Shown here: positions 11,501-22,600 of the stretch, piece by piece | Layout: each line of letters opens with the position of its first letter | Numbering within the stretch: the stretch's first letter is position 1 | Source of the DNA: Octopus bimaculoides | Lineage: Eukaryota | Length of the DNA stretch: 64,000 bases | Reading direction: 5' to 3' | NCBI RefSeq assembly: GCF_001194135.2 | Contig: NC_068999.1 | Span: 52,202,959 to 52,266,958, forward strand | The notes under the pieces: model-generated | The model's database searches: none | Told to the model about the DNA's origin: nothing | Seen by the model: the letters and a program-made list of their open reading frames with translations, nothing else | Made by a program: the position numbers and the translations under genes

Positions 11501-14500
11501 GCTCACCAACCCCTCTCTGAAAATTTTGTCTATCAAGAACAACTTTGTAAAGCTTGTAACCCAACTATGGAATCTCAAGAAATAAGTGGTTCCATGCCAG
11601 CTATTAACTATTTACACACAAATATGAAATCAAGAAGGCCTGTGAATAATATGATTTGTAAGAGTTCAGCTGATTTAGTACCATCTCAAAAATATATGCA
11701 CAATGGTCAACTTTTTTTCAATTCTGCCACCACTACTTCTACTAGTACTCTTACCACCACTTCTACCATCACAATGACAGCAACCACATACACCACTGCT
11801 ACCACCACCACCACTGCTGCCTCCAGTAACTCCTTCTCACCTCATTGCTGTTCCTCCTGTTCTGTTCAACCTCTTAACTATAAATTATTTCCACCTAAAA
11901 CTTCGGAATGTTCAACAACTGAAGTAGTTGACAGCAAAGTCTCATTACAATATGACCAACATTCTGTGATAAGCTTCATGTCTTCAGACTCCGAGAGTGA
12001 TAACATGACTTGGTCAGCTAGTGAAGGAGGGAAAGAAGAGATGAACAAATCAAACAGTTCAGGTCGCAGCCTCCCAAGTCCACCTGTCTTCAAGAATGTT
12101 TCAGAGGCATTACATCGATTACCAGAAAGTCCTAAGGTGCCTTTGGTGTGCATGGAAGATGTTATTGTTATAGACTCCTCTCCTGGAAGTGATAGTTCTT
12201 CAAATGACACCCCAAATAATTCAAATACATTAAATAGTTCTGTCAAACCCCCAACTTCACAGCAGCAGTCTTTTAGAGCAAAGACAACTACGAACCCGAA
12301 ATCAGTTAAAAAATTGTGTTTTGATGGAGAAAAATGTGAAAGCCAGTTTTCTAAGAATTCTAAAGAGAGTTCTAAAAATCACAGATCTCAAGAAATAACG
12401 AAAGAAAATCCAGCAAATTCTACAAGCAAAACGTCAGCATCACGCTCAAGTCAGAAAAATTCCATTATAAATAATAAACCCAATCCAGTCTTTTCAAGGA
12501 GTAACAGAATTCGTTCACCAAGCATCCGTTACAAGGATGATGTCTTGTCTTTTCCTTTAGTCTTTCCTAGTCGTTCAAGTCAGTCAGCTTCAAATAGAGT
12601 GAGTGAAATTGTACAGAAGTCCAGAGTGACCAATCGACGACGCCAATCAGATTTGGAAAAAGTTAAAGAGAAATCATCTGTGAAACCAGATGAAACAGTA
12701 ACTTCCAAAAATTTAAAACGTCAAACAAAATATACTCCAGATACTAAATCTACCAGTTTACCTTTAGATCGGAGGAAAATGCTGCGGTCTTCAAATAAAG
12801 TAGAGGAAAAATCTCCAGTTAAATTGGAGAAAGATATCAAAATAGATGATAAAAATCCTGTACAAAATAAGGAAGTAGTTTTGAAACAGGAGCAGGAAGA
12901 TCAAGTGGAATTTAAACAACCTGAAAATTTGCTAAATAAGATCTCACCATCTCTTCAAAATGAAGATGGATCTGATAAGTGTCACCAAGCAGTAGAATCT
13001 CCACCTAAGATTGTGGTGCAATCACACAAGGTCAACAAACCATGTAGTTTTGAAGACAGAGCAAAGAAACTTCATACAGCCACTGCATCAACTTGCCATA
13101 CTAAAACGGAAAGAAAGCACAATTCTCATAACACTGCCACAACAACGTCTTTTACTAGCAACCAAATTCAGCCATCAACTAGTTCTGTAACTGCCAATTT
13201 TCCTTCAACCGTTAATACAGTCATTAGAGAGCCATTACCTCTTAGTATTTTATCAAGACCAGAAAAAGCAATATCCGAATGTAAAAAAAATTCTGCGTTT
13301 GTAAGCTCTGAATTGGACAGGTATCTTGCCGGAGAAGCTGAGTCAATTAATTCAAATGTGGATTTATCCTTTTCAAAAAATAAAGCGATTCTTCCCAAAA
13401 GTGGGCCATTTTTACCAACCAAAACAACTCCTTTCTGTGATAAAACTTACGCTTTTGAAGGTAATGAAAAGTCAAATGAGAAAACTCTTCAAAAGACAAC
13501 TGGCATTGTTTATAATACAAGAAGTAAATGTAGCAGTAGTTCTGTTGCTGTCCACGATAGTGATAAGATTATTGTTGATAATCATCTTCATGTTGATGTT
13601 TTTGATATGGATAATGACGCAAATGATAAAACTGGTAATGTTACTAACGATAATAGAGATAATGTTAACAAAAATACTGGCAATATTATAAATGATAATC
13701 CTGATTATGTTACAAATGGAAATAATGATAATGTTACAAATGATAATTCCAATATTGTTACAAATAAAATTACTGTTAATTTTACAAATGATAATGTTAC
13801 AAACGATAATAACTTTAGTGTTACTAATGATTATAATGATAATGTTATTAGTGATAATATCGATAATGTTACGAACAATTACACTGATAATGTTTGTAAT
13901 GATAATATCGACATTGGCAATGTTAATGTTAAGGATACTGTTAATAATTCTGTTAATAATAATACTGTTAACAAAACTTATGATAATAATAATAATAATA
14001 GAGAAAACAATCATAACAATGATAATGCTGAAAGATTATCATTGCCATGTAATAGTTCAGTGAAAGATAGAGTCGATTCAAGTGTTAATGAAACCAAGGC
14101 AGGTAATTCATTTAGTTCAGTATATAGCAATCACCTGATTGAGTTGACTGCTGTAAGTAAAAAGATTTCAGCTAACAATTTACCTGAATCTAGTCAGTCC
14201 AAGTCATACTCTTCAGGGACTTCAAGTCTGTACGAACCAGACTTTGATGAAGTTGATGGCATTTTGTTTATGTCCTTCCCATCTGAGGAATCTTTACAGG
14301 CTCACATTGCTGTTGAACGTAAGGATAATTGGGAATCTACTACTGGTCATATGTCTAGTATTTCTAATATTCTCAGTTTCCATCGCTGGAAGGAAACTCA
14401 TCAAGAGGAGAAGTTTCCTAGGCCAGCATTCGACAAAAACATGAACCTTCGGGGCTTACACATGCGATTAAAAAGATACTGCAAACTTCTACGGTCTGAA

Positions 14501-17500
14501 TGGCTCAAAATTAAACAGAAGAATTTAACCAGAAATAACCACAGAAAAGCTTTCAAGTTCAGTCGATTCCAGATGGCCACAAGAAGCAAGAGATGGACCA
14601 GGACTAATAGTGCTCTTTGTGCAGGCAGGAGCATAACATCGCGGAACAAAACTGCTGGTAAATTTCAAAAACTTCACTGGCGAACAGAAGCTCGGCTTCT
14701 TCGAGGTTTGAAACCGGAAGAAGTCCGACAAATGGGAATGAAGAAGAAACGTAGAAAGAAGTTCATTTTTACTCACCGCAAGGGTTGCAAAAGACAGGAT
14801 GCTTCCGGAAATGAGGACTCTGATAGTGGCAGTAGCAAGAATTCTATGGAAGAAGATGCTGTTAGCCATACTTCAGTAGTAAAAGAGGTGAAGGAAGTGA
14901 AATGTGGAAAGAATGGTTACATCCATCCTATGCGCAGCTGTTGTAGGAAAGAGAAGGTGGTATCAGTTGAAGAGAAGATGTCAAAAGCTGTTAGAAGTTG
15001 TAAATCTCATTCTGATGAAGAAAAACCTGTAAGTATATGATGCCTTTTCCATAATTCCCCTCACGTATACATATGAACGTCCATACATACCACTTTGCCA
15101 AACTCTCTCCCTACTACATGCACACACACACACACACACACACACACTCTCTCATTCTGTTTCAGTTGTTGACTGTCGCTGAGGTACTGCTTTGATGAGT
15201 TTAGTTGAACAAATGAACCCCAGTACTTTGTTTCTTTTAGTCTGGTGCCTGTTTTATTGGTTTCTTTTGCCATACTGCTATGGTATGAGAATGTACAAGT
15301 AATGGGGGCACAAACACAGACATATATACACATCCACACGTGTGTGTGCATGCACACTCACACACACAGACATGATGCGCTTCACAAGGCATTGGTTTAC
15401 CCAGGGCTAGAAAACATTTGCTCAAGGTGTCATGCAGTGGGCCTGAAACAAGCCTTGTGATTGCAAAGTGAACTTCTTCAGTAAACAGCCATGCTAGTAA
15501 TATATAAATATTTACACATGTATGTTACTGGGTCAGGACTAAAAGAGGAATGAAAGGGGTCCATAAGTAAAAAAAATGGTTGAGAACCACTGCACTATCA
15601 TAAGTAATAGCAACTCAATAGTTATTACATATTTTGTTTGTTTCTAATCTTGAGCTTGAAACAGTCCTTTTATTGACTTGGATGAAGTTCACTGTGTATA
15701 TATACAGTGTATATATATACAATCCTTACATGACATGCATGAGTGTTAGTGATGCCCTTATAACTTGATGAGTTGCAGGTTATCAGTGAAGTGGTCCTTT
15801 TTTAAAGGGCATATTTATTTGCAGCCATGGATGTGTGGTTAAGAAGCTTGTTTCCCAACCACATGGTTTCAGATTTAGTCCCACTCTGCAGTGCTTTGGA
15901 CATGTTTTCTACTATAACCCAAGCCAACCAAAGCTTTGTGAGTGGATTTCATAGAAGGAAACTGAAAGAAGCCCATCATAATAGATATATATGTGTGTGT
16001 GAGTATGTTTGTGTCTTTTTGTCTTGACATGGTGTGATTGTTGTAAATTAATATCATTCATTTCTCATATTTGGCAAAAGCATGTTTTGTTATGGGGAAA
16101 ATATGACCTTGCTTGGAAACAGATGAGGATTAACCACAAGAAGGGTATCCAACCATGGACAATCTACCTCAATAAACTGCATCCAACTCATGCAATCAAT
16201 AGCAAGGCTGATGTTAAAACAATGATAGATTGATTTGTGTATGACACATGCTTTCCCCTACAGATTTTTGTACCTAATTATAAGGTTGCATGCATTATAT
16301 TTGTAAGAAGTATTCCCCACTCCTTTTTTATATTTATTTATCCAGTCAAGTGTGCCACGATATTCAGGATGGTATGACAGAAGTAGATTAGTTATGTTGT
16401 CCAAGCTAACTGATGTGTAATGAGGAGTTATGATCATTATAATAATGTTAAATTTTTCTTTTTGTCATAGTAATAACGCTTAGCTCAGTTGGCTGGCAAG
16501 TCTCATTAAATTATTACCTTCAGCTTTCAATATAGAGGGCCAGAATGTAATATTACCTTTATTGAAAAGTACTACTTGAATTATTTAACATGAAGATTAA
16601 ATTAATGCTTTGTTTTTGTACTCGGTTTGCAAGATTCTTTATGTGAATTTGTGTATTGAAACAAATTTTGTTGTTGTCTTGGGAGAGTTGTAACGCCAAT
16701 ATTAATAGCACATGCACTGGTTCAGTTCCACTCCATTATTAGTCAATTGTTTAAATATCCATCCAATTAACTAATCAATTGTCTGTTTAACCCTTTAGCA
16801 TTCAGATTACTCTGTCAAATTTAATACTTGTTCTCATTGTTTTGAATTAATCATGCATTATCTTATAACTTCAAGATTTCAATGATGTAATTGTTTAGTT
16901 TTAAGAATGACATTGTAGAGTAAGTATGAGAGGTCAGATCTGGCCAGTTTGAACATAGAACTAGTAGACTTTTTGGCCTGGATATGGCTGGTTTAAATAC
17001 TAAAGAGTTAACTTAGTTAAACAATCTTTTTTTTTTTTTTTTTTTTTTTTTTGTTCATCAGGCAAACAAACACGGCTTCTGTAACTAAGTGGGAGAAATA
17101 TACTGAAAAGGTTACAGATGGCAAAGAAAGAACTTTGATGAACAAAAAAGACAAAAAAAAAAGATTGCTTAACCAACTAGTTAAACGATTGATTAGTTAA
17201 CAGTTGACTAATAATAGAGGAGTGAAATTGAATCTGTGTGTGTGTTATTAATATTGGGGTAGTGTCTCTCTCAAGACACAGCATAAATTAATAAATTTAA
17301 TCAATAAATGTAAATATAAATTGAGGAAGAACATTCTTTAATTATCTTTTATTTGCTTCATTCATTGGACTGCAGCCGTACCAGAGCATCATCACCTTGA
17401 AGGTTTTAGTCAAACAAGTCAAAAGACCAGCTTTGTCCCATTCTGCATCAAGCTGAATCTCCTTGAGAATCACATTAAGGGTACACGTGTCTGTGGAGTG

Positions 17501-19637
17501 CTCAGCCACTTGCATGTTAATTTCATGAGCAGGCTGTTCCGTTGATCGGTTCATCTGGAACTTTTGTCATTGTAGCTGACACAGCGCCAGTTAGTATATA
17601 CATTTCTATTGAATGAACAAAAGTATTTTAACTCTTTAACATTCAGATTACTTTGTCAAATTTTACAATGCTTATTTATTCACATTGTTCTAAAGTAATC
17701 TTGCATTATCTCACATGTAGCTTTGTATATTTTTAGAATGATGTTGTATGGTATGTGCGAGAGGCCAAATCTGGCTGGTTTTGACCATAAAATCAAGTAA
17801 AATATTTGGGCTTGATATGGCCTGTTTCGATGCTAATGGGTCAAATGGAAATGTTTATATTGTTATATTCTGCATTCGCCTTTTCATCCTTCCACACTGG
17901 TATCTTATCGCTTGTTGACTTTACAGCCTACAGGAAAGTTCAAAGGTCACTTCTGAATTTGTTTGTCTTTAGAAGTCATGAACTTTTCCAATGTATTTTA
18001 AAAGGACTAAACAGTTTTGTTTATGCATCCTAATACGTTTTTAAAAAATGTATTTTATACACAAGATTTTTTTCCTGAGATTTAGCAGCTCAAATTTGTA
18101 GTGCTTATTTATACACAAATGTATGTTATATGCAAATAAATTTGGTTAAAGGTGGGTCAGTGTGTTCTCAAACACGTGCTAATATATGCTTCATTTAACT
18201 TGTTTACATTGACAACTCTCACAAAATGTTGTTAAGTTAAGCTTTCTTACAGACATAGAGTAGTTCAGAGGGAGACAAGTTTTGCTTTGCTTTTTTTTTT
18301 CATAAAATATAAACCAAGATAGTTTTCTAACAATACTGGTTTATTAATCTTGTTTTTAATGAGTTTATTATATTTCTTGCAGGTCATTGAAAAATCAGCT
18401 CATTTGTTGTATCAGTCAGATGAAATGCATGCCATTAGGAAACTTGGAGGTAAATCTTTGTGCTTTCTCTTCTCTTTCATTTAAATATAAAAAGATCCTT
18501 AATAGCTTATTAGTATTGTGCCCCTTTTTTTACTGTGATTTGTATTCTACACAAAGAAACTGTTTTGTTTTGCTGCATTCAGAATCTGTATTTATTTTCT
18601 AAGCTAACCATTGTGAAATACTTAGGATCTCTTTGGTGACCATATTAAAACACTTATCTTTTCTGTACCATTGTAAATTTGGATAAAATGTGACGTTTGA
18701 TAGGACTAAATAGTTTGGCAAAAGCTTTCAGTTTTAAACGAAATAAAGGAACGGAGTTCTGTGATGTTTATTATGCTTTGTCATGGGTATTGGCAAGGAC
18801 ATAGAGGCATAAACATAAAATTTCATTGGTTTATTAAGAAACGTTTGTTGTTATCAAATATTTTAGGCATGCTTTCTATAATGCCCTCCATAATGCCAAA
18901 CCATTTTACAGAGTGTATGTTACCTTGTGCTTTTTACATGGCACCAGCACCAAAATAGATGTTGATAATTAGATACATGTACACACATTTGAAAATATAA
19001 ATTTTGTTATGGTTTTATATATTACCATACAGTAATGAGGACTTGCATTCACAATTTGCTTTATTAACCCTTTAGCATTTAATCTGGCCATATCCAACCC
19101 AAATATTCTGTACATTTTAAGTTCAAACTGGCTGTGTCTAACCTCTCACACCTACCCTAAGATGTCATTCTAAAAATAAACAATCACATGATCAAAGTCC
19201 TGAAACTATGAGATGATGCATGATTGATTCAAAAAATGTCATTTGACAGGAAAAAGATTAACCATGAGCTGTTAATGGAGCTTGGTTTTGTTGGAGAAAC
19301 CATGCGAAACAAGACTGGAGTCTGGTGCAGCCCTTCAGCTTACCAGCCATGGTCAAACCATCCAATCCATGCCAGCATGGACAACGGGCATTAAATGATG
19401 TTGATGATACTCTGTCAAATTTAATGCGTATTTCTTTACATTGTTTTGAATTATGCATTATCTTGTAGTTTTCAGATTTTGGTGGTGCCATTGTTTATTT
19501 TTACAATGACATTATAGGGTAGGTGTGAGAGGCCAGTTTGAACGTAAAACACAGTAGAATATTTTGGCTGGATACAGCGGGATTAAATGCTAAACGGTTA
19601 ATGCCTATCCTGTTTATTTGCTCAAGGAATATCCCTG

Positions 19638-19668
<31 letters not shown>

Positions 19669-22600
19669 TGTCTCACATACGCACAGATATGAACAAATAA
19701 TAAATAACTGCATGGGCAGTACACATACATACACACTCAGACACATAAAGAAGAGTGTTTCTAAAATGAAATTGTTTTTGATTTGATATAAAGTAAAGAT
19801 TAGCCATGAGATGTTGATGGAGCTTGTTTTTGTTGTAGAATTTGAGCTGAATGAACCTTCAATACGGAAAAGGACAAGAAGTCAGGTAGAATATTTCAAA
19901 GACCAACAAACAAAGAACCAACGTCCCAATAATAGTCTGCCGCTGACTACTTTTACTCAAAGTATGGCCCAGGCAGCCACATCAGCTCTCCATGACAACT
20001 TCATCAGAAAGAATGGTTCTGCTGCCACATTGGCTGCTTTCTCTGATGGCAAACACGACACAGATATGTTCACACAGGTGGACTCTGTGGTATGTAGAGT
20101 CCATTTAGGATTTTTTTCTCTCTTCTTAATCTATAATAATAATAATGATTTCTTTATTTTTTAATAATGAATGACAATAATAATAATAATAATAATCCAA
20201 AGTTCATCGATAACTTTTTTGTCAAGAATCTTTAGAATTTGGTACAAATACTAAGATTTGTAGAAAATGGTTTTCTCTTGTGTATTAGGAAAAAGTATCT
20301 TTTTACTATGATATCTTCTGTTGCTATTTTGATTATTATTATTATTATTTCCAAATATATCATCTAATACTACAATCCTTATTTATTAATTAATTTTTTA
20401 ATCTTGGTTAATACTATCCCATTGGTCACCAAATTGTGTGTGCTGTTTACGGAATGCTGCTTCTGCTAAGTGACTTACACGTGTTCTAGTACTTAGCTGC
20501 CAAAAATTTGACGCTAGCCAAATGCTTCTCACTAGCCAGCAACTGAACTGCTTTAACAGAAGCTTTTTTAAAATTTATTTAGCAGCTAGTTATGTTTATG
20601 TGTGATATTTTCCACCATTTTTTTTGTATCCCATTTATTTTTTTCTTCATATTTCAATATATATTTTAATTCCATGATTATATTTGTAAGAAATAATTCA
20701 CTTATATTATAAATTCTTCATTATTGACTTTATTACTTGTGTTTAGAATGAAAATGCTAATATGCATAAAAAGATACTTCGAAGAGCAATTCTTTTTCTA
20801 ATACTATTATTGAAGATACTTCGAAGAGCAATTCTTTTTCTAATACTATTATTGAATGCGAGCTAAAGGAAATTTAGCTGTTGCTTCTAACAAGGTGACC
20901 AGATAGACTACTCTTGTTGACCTGGAGTAAAGTTTAAGTAGGCGAGTGTTATTGGTTTGAGGTTAACTTTCGACAAGTTGGATCCTCAGCCAAGAAGTTT
21001 CAATGACTGGCTTTCTTTATCATTTCCTTTCACTTGTCATTGAATACTCTTAGTAACATAGTAAGTACACCAAGTGTTATTTTGACTGTACTCTGTATGT
21101 GAACATATCTTAATGGAAAGAATATTAGGAAAATAAAAAAGCTTGAAAGCTGAGAAACTAAACATTTATTTATAATTTAGTTACAAGATGCTTCTCTCAG
21201 TGTTGTGTTGGCACTGCGTCGCTTACGACGTCGAAGGTTCCAGTTGATCCGATCAACGGAACAGCCTGCTCGTGAAATTAACTTGCAAGTAGCTGAGCAT
21301 GTTAATTTCACATGTACCCTTAACATAGTTCTCGGGGATATTCAGCGTGACAGTGTGACAAGGCTGACCCTTTGAATTACAGGCACAACAGAAACAGAAA
21401 GTAAGAGTGAGAGAAAGTTGTGGTGGAAGAGTACAGCAGGGTTTGTCACCATCTCCTGCCGGAGCCTCGTGGAGCTTTAGGTGTTTTCGCTCAATAAACA
21501 CTCACAACACCCGGTCTGGGAATCGAAACCGCGATCCTATGACCGCGAGTCCGCTGCCCTAACCACTGGGCCATTGTGCCTCCACGTTTCTCTCAGTAAC
21601 ATTGCAGAAAAGAAGTTTCTTGGTGGAGTGGGGTTATTTTCTGTTAGTCACTCTTTGTTCTAATCAAAGGAAAAGTAAAAGGTAACCAATCAAAAGCTTT
21701 ATACTGGATCTATGGGTTCAATAGACCGATGGTCTTGAGTTTGATTGCATAAGCCACAATATTTAATCATAAATGAGTCTTTAGTTTTTACATCAACAAC
21801 ATTAACCCTTTAGCATTCAGATTGCTCGTCAAATGTAACGTTTATTTATTCACATTATTTTGAATTAATCCTGTATTATCTTGTAACTTGGAAATTTTGA
21901 TGATGTGACTGTTTATTTTTAAAATGCCATTGTAGGGTAGGTGTGAGAGGCCTGATATGGCCAGTTTAAATATTAAATGGTCAAGTAGCTGGGAAATTAC
22001 TGTAACCACTGGACTGGGTGTCAGCCCCTTAGAAGCAGCATTCCTTTAGCTAAGTAAATCAGAGCTCATAAAATTAACTGCCCATAAAATGCCTGTGGTG
22101 AATATGAGCCACATCTTGAGTTAGTCCAGTAATAACCATTTCACCACCTTATTTATGCCAGTTAGCAAAATAAATCAAGTATTTTATAACTATACTAACA
22201 GTGGTTGTAAGGGTTAAGCCAATATGAATGGAATCATAATTTAGCAAGTATAGTCAAAATCAATACTCCCTTTAAGTGTAGTTTTCTGGTTCTAAGCATT
22301 GCTACTTGGTCAATTTTTGTCATTGTGATCATTTTGTCTGTGTTAGCTGTTTGGTCGTGAAGTTTAGGACATGAAACAAGTGATTTCAGCTGACATAATT
22401 TTGTTGGGAAAACTTGGCTGCTATTTTTGTTTAATGAAACTCTTGTGGAATATCCAACCTCCAAATAATTTCCATTGAGTTTTCAAGTTTTTTGAAAGAT
22501 TTTTTAAAAAGTTGTAACAATATGAAAATTTTAATCGTTTATGACAAAATTTGATTCTGTTTAAAAATGAAAGTTTGAAAATTTAGTGTTAATATTGATG

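Noticed and set aside
11878-14869. Antisense and alternate-frame ORFs inside exon 2 (11878-, 13168-, 13326+, 13472-, 13692+, 14401-, 14525-) and 35340..35750-
   Set aside because: Shadow ORFs explained by the codon bias and low complexity of the real exon; no independent splice or start signals.
20077-20089. Alternative in-frame donor cag|gtggac 12 nt upstream of the exon-4 donor
   Set aside because: Weaker consensus than gtatgt, and it cannot be evaluated without transcripts.
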